Shown piece after piece: positions 11,144 through 20,423 of a stretch of 64,000 nt of DNA. Position numbers and translations under genes: made by a program. Origin of the DNA: Thermodesulfobacteriota bacterium (GTDB lineage Bacteria; Desulfobacterota; Desulfarculia; JACQYL01); assembly GCA_963675595.2 (NCBI GenBank), contig CAXXLZ010000001.1:1408001-1472000 (forward strand). Direction: 5' to 3'. Below the pieces are notes generated by a model. That model was not told the DNA's origin. It saw nothing but the letters and a program-made list of their open reading frames with translations, and ran no database searches. Positions within the stretch are counted from its first letter, which is position 1. Every line of letters begins with the position of its first letter.

Positions 11144-11945
11144 TATAGGGCGGCTCGATTTCGATATCCGAGCCGTATTGTGTGACCCGCACTTCCCCAT
11201 CCTGAAGCAGGAAAATCAGAGCCATAAATCGCATCGCCCGATCTCTCCGGGCATTATCGATCAGGAGATCAATCCTGGAAAACAGGATTTGTTGACACCT
11301 GTGAACCGAATCCAGGATATGGCGTCTGTACCGGGACAGCCCAGGAAGATTCCCAGTCAGGGAGAACTCCTCGCCCCAAACTCCCGCGTCAAAACCCATG
11401 AAACCCGACAATGCTTCAGTAAACCCAGGCAAACGATCAAGCCGTGGTTCCTCCAGTAACGCCAACCCGCCCGACCGCTCTTCTCGACGGGCGAGCCTCA
11501 TCATCTCTCTTCGCCTTCTTGCCTTGGCTCTCGATTCAGCCATCCGTTGCCGGAAATAGGCTCGGTCGAAGACCCGTTCATCGAACAAGAACCGGGACGG
11601 CACGGTCTTCCCACAGGAAGCGCACGCATAATGAAGACTCCGCCTGACCAGCTTTGCTCCGCAGCAGCCGCTCCTTTGAAACACCACTGTGGGGTCGAGT
11701 TCATGGCCGCTCGGACAAACGGCCAGACCTGCCTCCAGCATCCGAAGTTTTTCACCGCATAGAGGACACAAATGATTCGCCAGCATAACGTCGTAGTAGT
11801 AGTCTCGGGCCGCAGCCTTGTATTGAGCAACGCCGAAAACAAACTCCCCGATAATCCGGCCGACGGCCGCCTCCGGCTCTTCCAAGTCAGAGACCATCGC
11901 TGAGTGTTCGCCAGACTGAGCCGGTTCCGGTGTTCCGCATTCCAT
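11130..11945 (-). CDS. Zn-ribbon protein with ScpA/kleisin-like C-terminal winged helix
   Basis: Cys clusters CPLC, CPSGH, SGCC and CASC. The C-terminus RFMALIFLLQDGEVRVTQYGSDIEI resembles the ScpA FLALLEL..G.V.V.Q...gdI motif. Confidence 0.55.
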   Translation of the reverse strand: MECGTPEPAQSGEHSAMVSDLEEPEAAVGRIIGEFVFGVAQYKAAARDYYYDVMLANHLCPLCGEKLRMLEAGLAVCPSGHELDPTVVFQRSGCCGAKLVRRSLHYACASCGKTVPSRFLFDERVFDRAYFRQRMAESRAKARRRREMMRLARREERSGGLALLEEPRLDRLPGFTEALSGFMGFDAGVWGEEFSLTGNLPGLSRYRRHILDSVHRCQQILFSRIDLLIDNARRDRAMRFMALIFLLQDGEVRVTQYGSDIEIEPPYNEID

Positions 11946-11968
11946 ATTTATTGGGAAGCAGAGCTTTC

Positions 11969-12016
11969 TTATAAACATTTCTCTCCCACGCCGCAGAATT
12001 CGGAAAAGTTTATATA
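11969..12016. promoter_or_regulatory. Divergent BRE/TATA-like promoter pair
   Basis: Minus strand GAAATGTTTATAA (11981-11969) lies ~25 nt before ATG 11945. Plus strand GAAAAGTTTATATA (12003-12016) precedes GAGGTGA and ATG 12051. Confidence 0.5.
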
Positions 12017-12050
12017 CACCAGGGCCTTACCAAGTCCCGAGGTGATACCG

Positions 12051-12194
12051 ATGCCAAGACCCTATAAGTGCCCATATTGCGGCGCAACCCAAAGCCACTG
12101 GAAAGGATACAGGCCCCTTGTCCAGGGAAAAGTCCGGCTCCGGATGTGCACCAAGTGCCACCGGAAGTTCACGACTCGAGTTAAGATCGAATAA
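12051..12194 (+). CDS. Small Zn-ribbon protein (47 aa, InsA-like pattern)
   Basis: MPRPYKCPYCG...KGYR...RLRMCTKCHRKFT, with SD GAGGTGA at 12039-12045. Confidence 0.6.
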   Translation: MPRPYKCPYCGATQSHWKGYRPLVQGKVRLRMCTKCHRKFTTRVKIE

Positions 12195-12209
12195 CCACCG
12201 GACGGACCG

Positions 12210-13484
12210 TCAATGAAAACCGCCGAACGGCCCGGCACCAAATCCTTCTCTCGATAAGAACCGGTTGAGGGTTTCCTTGGGGAGCGACCTCGATATTTCT
12301 CTTGTCTGGCCGTACCTGCCGCGTGATATCAGCCGAGCGTTGATCAGCCCATAAAGGTCAAGGGAACCAATGATGTCCGAGAACCTCCGTTGCGTGAGCG
12401 GCCTGACCCGTTCCAACTCGCAGAAATTAGCGTATCGATCATAGGCTTCGCCCGTAGTGACCCGTTTCGAAGTCTTGGCCAGAAGATCGTAGCAGGAAAG
12501 AAGCGCAAGTTTTTGCTGAGGAGCGAGCGCCCGAACCATCTCTTCGGTCTTGTCCATCTCCAATCTGTGCTCAGCCATATCCACGATTTCTTCGGACAGC
12601 CTGCCGCCGGTTTCCTGCGCCACCTTGGCCGACTTTGATAGAAGCTCCACCGCCTTTCTCGCATCACCGGTGTCCCGCGACGCCAATGCCGCGATCTTTC
12701 GAACAGCAGCCACGTCCACCTTTGACTTGTCCAATGCCTTTTCCACTCGAAGATTCAGAATTTCTATCAAATCCAAGGCGTTATAGGGTTCAAAGAGCAT
12801 GTCCGTCTTCTTGAGAACACTCAGAATCCGCGGGTCCAGCATCTTGTCCCAGTTCAGTTTGTTCGTGACCATGATAAGAACCAACCGGCAGGGAATCTTT
12901 CTCGGAAGGGTCTTTCCGAGGAAGGTAATAAACTCGTCCGCATTGGGCTTGATGTTATCCGCCTCATCAATCAGGAGGCACAAGAAACCCTGGAACCGGT
13001 TCAGCTCTTCGATGATTCGTTCCTGCATCTGATCAATGGGAATGCCTTTCCTGTAGGTGCGAATCGAGTCATTGAGTGCTCTTGCAAGTTCATTCAACGC
13101 TCCGAAAGAGGACCTGGGCGAGGTCAAGTCCACGTATCTGTACTGAAACCCGATCGACTGAGTCCGGCAATATTCCTGGAAAGTTGAAAGCACGTGAATG
13201 AGGGAAACCGTTTTCCCTGAACCCGTAGGCCCGAAGACCAGCAAAGAACTCGGATGATCGCCGTCCAGGATGGGAGTCAGATGACAGACGATGCGTTTCA
13301 GCTGCTCTTCCCGGATATTCCGATCAAAAATCTCCTTCAGAACCGAAGTCCGCTCTTCTTCAGGCAACTTCTCGTCGTCCAGATAGTTGGGGTTCAAAAT
13401 AAGGCGATGATTCTTCTGTGAGTCATGCAATGTGCGGATGAATTGCAAGGAAGCTTCGGAATGATCTCCACCGGACATTTTCAA
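12210..13484 (-). CDS. cdc6: Orc1/Cdc6-family (archaeal-type) replication initiator AAA+ ATPase
   Basis: Walker A GPTGSGKT, Walker B LLIDEAD, LDPRILS, F.PYNA.DL.EIL..R, sensor-II GDARKAVELL, and a C-terminal wHTH TTGEAY..Y...C......LTQRRFSDII.SL..YGLI.....SRGRYGQTREI. Confidence 0.92.
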   Translation of the reverse strand: MKMSGGDHSEASLQFIRTLHDSQKNHRLILNPNYLDDEKLPEEERTSVLKEIFDRNIREEQLKRIVCHLTPILDGDHPSSLLVFGPTGSGKTVSLIHVLSTFQEYCRTQSIGFQYRYVDLTSPRSSFGALNELARALNDSIRTYRKGIPIDQMQERIIEELNRFQGFLCLLIDEADNIKPNADEFITFLGKTLPRKIPCRLVLIMVTNKLNWDKMLDPRILSVLKKTDMLFEPYNALDLIEILNLRVEKALDKSKVDVAAVRKIAALASRDTGDARKAVELLSKSAKVAQETGGRLSEEIVDMAEHRLEMDKTEEMVRALAPQQKLALLSCYDLLAKTSKRVTTGEAYDRYANFCELERVRPLTQRRFSDIIGSLDLYGLINARLISRGRYGQTREISRSLPKETLNRFLSREGFGAGPFGGFH

Positions 13485-13505
13485 GCGATTCTTCTACAGG
13501 ACATC

Positions 13506-13520
13506 TATAAATAGTTTTCG
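13506..13520 (-). promoter_or_regulatory. BRE/TATA-like promoter of cdc6
   Basis: CGAAAACTATTTATA lies ~24-30 nt upstream of the TTG (13484) / ATG (13478) start. Confidence 0.45.
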
Positions 13521-13568
13521 GTAATAAGCCCTGTCGTTACTTGAAAGCGAACCGGATTTTAAGTGTGG

Positions 13569-13950
13569 GAAAGTTTCCGGTGGAACTTTCAGTTTCAGTT
13601 TTTAGTGATGTTTTCTTTTCCTTATTATTATTTATTTCTATATAGAAACTATATAATATAATATAATATAATATAATATAAAAGCCGCCAAAATATAGAA
13701 ACATTTTTAAAATAGATCACTTCAAAGTGGCAACAAAGAAACAAACATAACACACCCAACAAAACGGTTTCAAGTTTTCCACGCGACATTTACACACACT
13801 CTAAAAGCTGATTTTGGATCACTATTGAGTGACAACGTGGAGGCCATGACGTCCCTAAAAGACCTCGATCAACGACGGTATTTCAAGAAAACCCGAAACA
13901 ATCGGCCATTCGACAGTACAAGAGTAACGTTTCCACCGGAAGTTTACTCG
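13569..13950. other. Putative archaeal-type replication origin: ORB-like box, AT-rich DUE, inverted ORB-like box
   Basis: GTTCCACCGGAAAC on the minus strand (13586-13573) and TTTCCACCGGAAGT on the plus strand (13930-13943) flank an extremely AT-rich tract, immediately upstream of cdc6. Confidence 0.7.
13651..13680. repeat. (ATATA)6 tandem repeat within the AT-rich DUE
   Basis: Direct reading: atataatataatataatataatataatata. Confidence 0.95.
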
Positions 13951-14011
13951 GGTTCCCGAAGCCGGTTGACGTCAATCCATCCATTCCTCCGAGAAAATTC
14001 CCGAAACCAAC

Positions 14012-14515
14012 CTACATCTCATCCCAGTCGATATACTGAGGCGGACTTTCCCCCACCCTTTCGACGATCTTGGGATATTTTTCTCCCGGAGCCTCTTCTC
14101 CGATCTCGATCACCCGGATTTCGTGCCACCAATCGTCTCCGAAATCGAACCAATAGAAGAAGTGATCGCCCTCTTTCAGGTTCAGAGAGCCGATCTTGGT
14201 TCTTGAAACGTCTCCTGCAGGCGGAGGAGTTCCCAACGGATATTCCTTCATTTCGAAAGGAAGCACATACCTCTCCGCCTCGGGATCCTGCGGTATTTTG
14301 GAGAGCTGAAACTCGTAGAGGTGCTCGTCTTCACGATCAAAGGCTCTGAAGATCGCCCGGTGAAGCTGCCCCAGGGTATGCTTGCCTCGAACTTGAATGA
14401 CACGGAATACCGCCGGGTTCTTTGCGATGAAGGTCTTGCTCATGGGTCCGTTTGCAATGGAGACCTTTAAAGCGTACAGATTTTCCGCCCGCTTTCCTCC
14501 GGAACTCGTCGCCAT
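14012..14515 (-). CDS. Plasmid pRiA4b ORF-3 family protein
   Basis: R.I.V....TL.QLH.AI..AF....EHLYEF and F.Y.FDFGDDW.H.I...YP.IVER.GE.PPQY signatures. Confidence 0.85.
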   Translation of the reverse strand: MATSSGGKRAENLYALKVSIANGPMSKTFIAKNPAVFRVIQVRGKHTLGQLHRAIFRAFDREDEHLYEFQLSKIPQDPEAERYVLPFEMKEYPLGTPPPAGDVSRTKIGSLNLKEGDHFFYWFDFGDDWWHEIRVIEIGEEAPGEKYPKIVERVGESPPQYIDWDEM

Positions 14516-14615
14516 TCACTTCCTCCTTGGTGATCCGAACATCAAAAAACTTATAAAGGAATGAACTTACCGGTATCCAACGGAATCGGCAAGAACCGAT
14601 TCGGAGGTGCACACC

Positions 14616-15059
14616 ATGGCAATGGAAACAAATTCGGCCACATCCGGCACACCATCAAGCGGCTGTCCCACTTGGGACGGAATGGGCATATCCGGCGATC
14701 TGCCGCCCTTTTTCAAGCCCACCGAAGACATGAAACGAAACGGCTTCGAAGTGATCTTTCTGTCCGACGGTCCCAGGAGAGAGACCGAGAACAACTTCGA
14801 CAAGAACTCGAAAGACCTCTGGTTCGATATCTCCTACCAGGACAAGGAAATGACCTGGACCATCAGCCAGATCAGCCTGCTTTCCGAACTGAAGAAGCAT
14901 TCACCGCTGAAGGAGAAGATCCTCAGGATACGCCTTGTTCCGGTGACCGAAGAATTCAGGAAAAAGCGGCCGAAGTACAGAGGCAGTGAGCGATACCAGG
15001 TTGAAGAAATCCGAGAAAACCGATTCGACAAGATCGACGTGGAAGAACTGACGGTATAG
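14616..15059 (+). CDS. Hypothetical protein, possibly an OB-fold ssDNA-binding protein
   Basis: GGAGGTG SD, upstream AAAAAACTTATAAA motif, beta-rich aromatic pattern and acidic tail. The function is inferred only. Confidence 0.55.
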   Translation: MAMETNSATSGTPSSGCPTWDGMGISGDLPPFFKPTEDMKRNGFEVIFLSDGPRRETENNFDKNSKDLWFDISYQDKEMTWTISQISLLSELKKHSPLKEKILRIRLVPVTEEFRKKRPKYRGSERYQVEEIRENRFDKIDVEELTV

Positions 15060-15198
15060 ATATTCTTTCTTCTTTTTGTTTCAGCCGATCGGAGATAAGA
15101 CGTGCGAAACAGACTCAAGTAATGGACGGAAGGAAAGACGGTCTGAACCGCCGACAGAACGAAAGCAGGCTGTAATCTCAGGGGACTTTATCTGAAGC

Positions 15199-15918
15199 TC
15201 AGCCCAAGGTCGTGAGACCATGGAGGATCGCGTATTTGGTCAACTGGGACATTCGCCTGGTTTTCAGCTTCTTCACAATATTCCTGCGGTGATTTTCCAC
15301 CGTATTCACGCTGACACAGAGTATGGCCGCCATCTCCGCACTGGTCTTCCCCTCGGTCATACCCTGGAGAACTTCCTTTTCTCTCGAGGTCAACGAAGGA
15401 AACGACCGGTGTCCGTTTCCATTGCCTAGCGCAAGCGCTTGAAACGCCTCAGTCATCGTTTCAGCGGATTTGCGGCAGAGATACATTCGGCCTTCGAGCA
15501 CCGAACGGACAGCCGCGACCAGCTCATGCAATCCGCTTTGACTGAGCACATACGCCATGGCCCCGGCAACGAGCATCTTGAACATGGGGTCCCATTCCGA
15601 ATCCGGCGCGAGTCCAACCACCCGGGTTTTTCGAAAACGATGCGTGATTTGACGCGCGGTCTCGATACCGTTCAAACCCTTCATGGAAGTGTTCACGATC
15701 ACCACGTCCGAGGGCGCGCTGGACAGCAGTTTAAGTGCTTCATGCCCGTCCAAAGCTTCACCCGAAACCTCAAGATCAGGAACAGAGCCCATCGCATGCC
15801 GCAAACCATCGAGAACCAGCCTTTGATTATCCACCAAAAAGATTCGCTTCTCGAACCACTCAACCGCTTCACCCTCTTCGGTTCGCTCCACGATCGCCCC
15901 CCGCAACAGACGATACAC
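15199..15918 (-). CDS. NarL/LuxR-family response regulator with degenerate receiver
   Basis: C-terminal LTSREKEVLQ...EGKTSAEMA..L.VS.NTVENHRRNIVKKL HTH. The receiver lacks the phosphoacceptor Asp. Confidence 0.9.
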   Translation of the reverse strand: MYRLLRGAIVERTEEGEAVEWFEKRIFLVDNQRLVLDGLRHAMGSVPDLEVSGEALDGHEALKLLSSAPSDVVIVNTSMKGLNGIETARQITHRFRKTRVVGLAPDSEWDPMFKMLVAGAMAYVLSQSGLHELVAAVRSVLEGRMYLCRKSAETMTEAFQALALGNGNGHRSFPSLTSREKEVLQGMTEGKTSAEMAAILCVSVNTVENHRRNIVKKLKTRRMSQLTKYAILHGLTTLG

Positions 15919-16365
15919 TTCAGGATTAGATGCTCTGAAAACGAAAACCGGATCTCACGATAGAAAAATGTCAAATTTCTGAGCTTGAATGATATAAAAC
16001 TCTGAGACCTTGAACAATCGTAATAATCATGATTTTTCATCATGGATTTCATGATTTCAATCTGTGGAAATCGCTAGACGAACTAATGGATTTTATGATT
16101 CAGCGCAGAAAGAAATGAAGGAACGAAAAACTATGGAAGGCTTATTCAATTGATATTATTGCATCTTATTCTTGAGCTGCGTCCGACGACCATCCCCCCG
16201 AAAACATCAGCAGCAGGTCGGCTCCCTTTTCAGTGGCCACGGCAGGTCGCCGTTTGACTCTTCACCTACGCAACCGCATCAAACATGCGGCAAACGTGGA
16301 AAGCAATCTCACATCCGCCGCTTTGGAACCCTTCGGAAGCGGCAGGCAGGAACTCCTTCGGCACC

Positions 16366-16965
16366 TCATTTTACTTCTTTTTGGGAAAGCCTGATCGTTC
16401 GAGTAACCGTCTCATGGGTATCATGGGAGATTCTTCCGTCGGCAAGCATCTCGTCCGCAAGGTCTTGTGCAGAGGCAAGATCAAGACGCCCGTCTTCAAG
16501 CCGATCCCGAAGCTCGTCCTTCATTTCCATGGCCTTTCCATCACGTCGTTTCAATATCTGATGATCCTCGGAAAGATCGATCAGCTGATCCATCGAAAGG
16601 CCCACGGAATCCAGATCTTCTTCGAACTGCTCTCTTCCCTTCTCGGAGAGATAGCGATGAAATTTGTCTTCCCATTCCGGCTGTGAGATGAATCCTTTGT
16701 CGTAAAGGTCATCGTACACTTCGAACTTCCGATCGGCGGTCAGCTCCTCGGCGTCCACAGGCTCTTCCGGATCAGTTTCGAAGGACAACAACTCCTTCCC
16801 CGCCTCCATGAACCAATCCATGAGGCCCTCCGATTTCGGATCCTCCTCAACAGAATCACAATCGAATTCCTCTTCCCCTCGTTCCCAATCCTTTCTCACG
16901 GCAAACCTCCCTTTTCCAATAGAAGTGCTCGGAAAGAAATTTTCGTGTTTTGATTTTTTTCCCAC
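16366..16965 (-). CDS. Hypothetical acidic protein (start uncertain)
   Basis: 199 aa ORF, highly D/E-rich, no recognised motif. Confidence 0.5.
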   Translation of the reverse strand: MGKKSKHENFFPSTSIGKGRFAVRKDWERGEEEFDCDSVEEDPKSEGLMDWFMEAGKELLSFETDPEEPVDAEELTADRKFEVYDDLYDKGFISQPEWEDKFHRYLSEKGREQFEEDLDSVGLSMDQLIDLSEDHQILKRRDGKAMEMKDELRDRLEDGRLDLASAQDLADEMLADGRISHDTHETVTRTIRLSQKEVK

Positions 16966-17036
16966 ACGTTTTCGATCGAGGGATCACTGGAGGAGTAAGG
17001 CAGGACGAAAACCACCCCAAACAAAAGGAGAAAGCC

Positions 17037-17288
17037 ATGAGATTTTCACGTCACCCCTTCACAGGAACGCTTCAGGTGAACTTCGGGCTTCCGCTTAGAA
17101 GAGACCATTTCAACCTGATTCACGATGTCAACGGAACAACCGTCGGCAGAATCGACCCCTGCGGCTTGGTCAAGGATCGCCTCGACAGAACCGTGGGGCA
17201 CTACGACATTTTCAAAACTGAGGATTACTGCCCCTGCTGCGGGAAGCTGTCGAAGCTTTGCCGGTGTCATGGCCACGACATGAGATAG
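17037..17288 (+). CDS. Small hypothetical protein with C-terminal Cys cluster
   Basis: AAGGAG SD, YCPCCGKLSKLCRC, followed by a hairpin. Confidence 0.5.
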   Translation: MRFSRHPFTGTLQVNFGLPLRRDHFNLIHDVNGTTVGRIDPCGLVKDRLDRTVGHYDIFKTEDYCPCCGKLSKLCRCHGHDMR

Positions 17289-17301
17289 CCGTTTCCTGAT
17301 T

Positions 17302-17319
17302 GAGCCCCTTCGGGGGCTC
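17302..17319 (+). terminator. GC hairpin, probable terminator
   Basis: GAGCCCC-TTCG-GGGGCTC directly after the ORF stop. Confidence 0.6.
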
Positions 17320-17750
17320 ATCTTCATTTCCTTCCAGCCAAAATTCCCACAAGCCCTGTCGCGGAATAGCTTCGCTTTCGAGACGTCTCGTATCGGGTGC
17401 CCTGTCCTTGTTAATCGAGCCGTACCTGAAGAAACCGGTCGGTCGTCCACCGCAAAATGGTCAAGGTGTATAACGACAAAAGCGACGTTGAAAAAAGGTG
17501 GCATCCGCGGGATATTGGGGGTGCTCAGGAAAACTTCGAACCTTCAAGCCAACACAAGCCTGCCGACTGCCGTCATAAAGGCCCCGCAGAGCCCCTGTTT
17601 GAGAAAGATGCCGCATAATATCGGAGGACCCAAGCTGAAGCTTTTCGTAATGGCTTACAAACCCATCGCTATAGTCAATGACACTGATGATATACTGACA
17701 AAGTCGTATAACCTTTTTTCATCGGATAGGTAGCATTAAGGAGAATAAAA

Positions 17751-18638
17751 GTGTCCCTATTCACCATACTCAATAATATAGTCAATCACCCTTTTAACAA
17801 ATACAATAAGGCTGCGGCGATAGCCAGATTTGTAGGTTGGCAAATCGGCAGCAGATTAGTTCCAGGTGACGTTATTTTTGAATGGGTAAATAATTCCAAA
17901 CTTGTGGCCAGAACAGGTGAAATTGTTGTTACCGGTAATATTTACTGTGGTCTTCTTGAATTTCAAGATATGGGTTTCTTGCTTCACGTTTTGAGAGAAA
18001 GAGATATTTTTGTTGATATTGGAGCTAATGTTGGAGCCTACACTATTCTGGCAAGTGCAGCTATTGGTGCAAGCGCATATTGCTTTGAACCAGTCCCATC
18101 AACATTCCGTAGGCTAATGACAAATATTAGGCTAAACGCATTAGATAACAAAGTTATTTCATTAAATATGGCACTTGGAAATGCAAGAAAACAATTGCTA
18201 TTTTCTTCAGATGAAAGTGGCACCAGCCATGTCTTGGCAGATAATGAGAAAACTAAGAACGAAATTACTGTAAATTGTTCCACTCTTGATGATGAGCTGA
18301 AGGGTGACCCATTTCTAATAAAGATTGATGTGGAAGGATATGAAACTCCAGTACTGGAAGGTGCACAACATTCACTTAAGAATCCCAATCTTTGTGGAGT
18401 GATTATTGAATTGAACGATTCAGGACAAAGATACGGTTTTGATGAACAAATTATATTGCAAATGATGTTTGATCATGGATTTAAAACCTATTCATATTGT
18501 CCTTTTGAAAGAAAGCTAAGAATTTTGGGAGGTAAGAACGAATATGAAGGAAATACAATTTTTGTAAAGAATATCGATCGCGTCCTAAATAGAATCAATA
18601 AAGCTCCAAAGTTTGCTGTTCATGGGGTGTCAATATAG
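17751..18638 (+). CDS. FkbM-family SAM-dependent methyltransferase
   Basis: FVDIGANVGAYT, FEPVP.TF..L..NI.LN, TLDD and IKIDVEGYE motifs. The DNA is strongly AT-rich. Confidence 0.92.
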   Translation: MSLFTILNNIVNHPFNKYNKAAAIARFVGWQIGSRLVPGDVIFEWVNNSKLVARTGEIVVTGNIYCGLLEFQDMGFLLHVLRERDIFVDIGANVGAYTILASAAIGASAYCFEPVPSTFRRLMTNIRLNALDNKVISLNMALGNARKQLLFSSDESGTSHVLADNEKTKNEITVNCSTLDDELKGDPFLIKIDVEGYETPVLEGAQHSLKNPNLCGVIIELNDSGQRYGFDEQIILQMMFDHGFKTYSYCPFERKLRILGGKNEYEGNTIFVKNIDRVLNRINKAPKFAVHGVSI

Positions 18639-19025
18639 GTGGATGCATAATCAAATTCGCTCTACCAGGACTTTAAGGCTTTACGAAGAGGGCAGTGCTC
18701 AACTTTAAATCGTGCCGCCCGGTAATTACGGGACGTCGACCATTCCTCCTCCGACGACAATTAGAATTCCTGAAGGTCTCCAACGTCGTTCGCAGGCCGG
18801 CGTTCTGCTCGATCCGCTCGGTTCAAGGAATTCCGCTCCGAACTCGGCCCGCACCAGAACAAATGGCCGTTACCTCGCTCCCGTTCCCGCCACCAGTCCG
18901 AAAGGGTCTCATCTTCCTCAAAAGGATGCGTAATCCGAAGTTCCTGTTTCATGGCCACCATTACGGCACGGTGGTATTTAAACCTGTCGAAAAGGGCTCA
19001 CGAAGAGCCCTCTTTTAACCTACAC

Positions 19026-19901
19026 TCAATCCAGAACGATCTTTCGCCGCGGCTGGTACATCAGTTCCCGCACTTGGTCATGCACGGAAGCCATCGCTTC
19101 CCGAATCCGGTTCTTGAGATAACCGCTTTCGCGAATGGACTCAGGCGACCTTCCGTCGAGCACCGACTCCGCCTGCTGCACGAGTTCCGCCAAGCCATTG
19201 TCGTCGAACACGTTTCGTTGTTTGAAGTGTTCGAAGAACTCATAGAAGTTCGTCACCGTCGATCCCTTGAACTTCTTGGCTTCGCCGTCCGGCCCAAGAC
19301 TGAACCGCTCGCAGATATGCCCGACAAGATCGGCGAACTCCTCTCGAAGACTATGCACGGCAAGCTCCCTGGCTTCTTCCATGGTTTGGATGAATTTTCG
19401 CTTTTCGCGCTCATACACTTCCGGCGCCAGGAGACCGAACCTGCCGTTGGGGACATCAAGAGCCACAAACCGCCACTCGAATGAAAACCGCCTATGAATA
19501 TCCACGGGGTAGTCCTGCTCATTGAACAGGTCACCGAGGTACGCAATGGCCGAGTCCCTGAGCGCCGGGTATCGTGAGGCAAAATCGTTCACGAGGTAGC
19601 CGAACTCAGATTGAAGCTCCCGCAACTTCGTGTCCACTTCGGTGATCAAGTCTTTCGGCACGAACATCATGCCGTGGATGGGAAAGGGCAGACTGACCGA
19701 TGTGAGGTAGAGCCGTGAATTGCCGGCCAATTTTGCGATGGGTTTCAGGCTTTCCGGATCCACGAGCTTTTTCGTTGCATGAAGCCACTCGTGGTTGCTG
19801 GTCATTTGAGCGAGTTTTCCCTGATCGATCTTTCTTCTCGCTCCCCACATGCTGATGGAGAGTTGCACCAGGCATCCTTTTTCGAAAATGTTTTCCATCA
19901 C
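19026..19901 (-). CDS. DUF3150-like protein
   Basis: 291 aa with LSISMWGARRK...ATKKLVDP...LPF...FVP and YP...RFSFEW pattern. Its context next to DUF1257/DUF2997/AAA genes fits. Confidence 0.6.
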   Translation of the reverse strand: MMENIFEKGCLVQLSISMWGARRKIDQGKLAQMTSNHEWLHATKKLVDPESLKPIAKLAGNSRLYLTSVSLPFPIHGMMFVPKDLITEVDTKLRELQSEFGYLVNDFASRYPALRDSAIAYLGDLFNEQDYPVDIHRRFSFEWRFVALDVPNGRFGLLAPEVYEREKRKFIQTMEEARELAVHSLREEFADLVGHICERFSLGPDGEAKKFKGSTVTNFYEFFEHFKQRNVFDDNGLAELVQQAESVLDGRSPESIRESGYLKNRIREAMASVHDQVRELMYQPRRKIVLD

Positions 19902-20006
19902 CGTCTCCTTTCAGAGAAAAGAAAACCCCGATCTCCGAGTAACGGAAACCGGGGCATGCGTTGATTTATGGAAGTTATTTGGATACCGCCCGAGAGTTCT
20001 ATGCCG

Positions 20007-20405
20007 TCAGACTCCCGACATCCAGGCTTGCAGAGGACGTCCGCCTACCAACTCGACGAATTCAATGTCCAGAACCTCTTTCGCTGTAATGGCATAGCCC
20101 CACCGAAGATTGTCCTCACCTATAAACAGGAGATACGTCCTTGCATCCGGGTCGATGAGCTTTTGAATAAACAAGACGATTTCCCGCTCGTACGAGTGCT
20201 TTCCGTTGTAATCATCGGACTCGATGTAAATCCATTGTTTGCCGTCCTCAGACCGAAGCACGAAGTCATAGCCCAAATCTTCCGTTTTCAAAGGCGCATC
20301 CAAATGGTCACTAAAGGTTTCCTGAAAAACTCTCTCGATGTCCGAGCCGGCTTTGCACCAGGTTCTGAGCCGGTGCTCTCCTTCCAACGTTGAATAATAT
20401 CCCAT
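20007..20405 (-). CDS. Hypothetical protein
   Basis: GGAGGAG SD, co-directional within the operon. Confidence 0.65.
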   Translation of the reverse strand: MGYYSTLEGEHRLRTWCKAGSDIERVFQETFSDHLDAPLKTEDLGYDFVLRSEDGKQWIYIESDDYNGKHSYEREIVLFIQKLIDPDARTYLLFIGEDNLRWGYAITAKEVLDIEFVELVGGRPLQAWMSGV

Positions 20406-20423
20406 GGTTCTCCCTCCTCCTGC

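Noticed and set aside
17700-18720. Integron gene cassette around the FkbM gene
   Set aside because: No convincing RYYYAAC...GTTRRRY attC inverted structure and no integron integrase.
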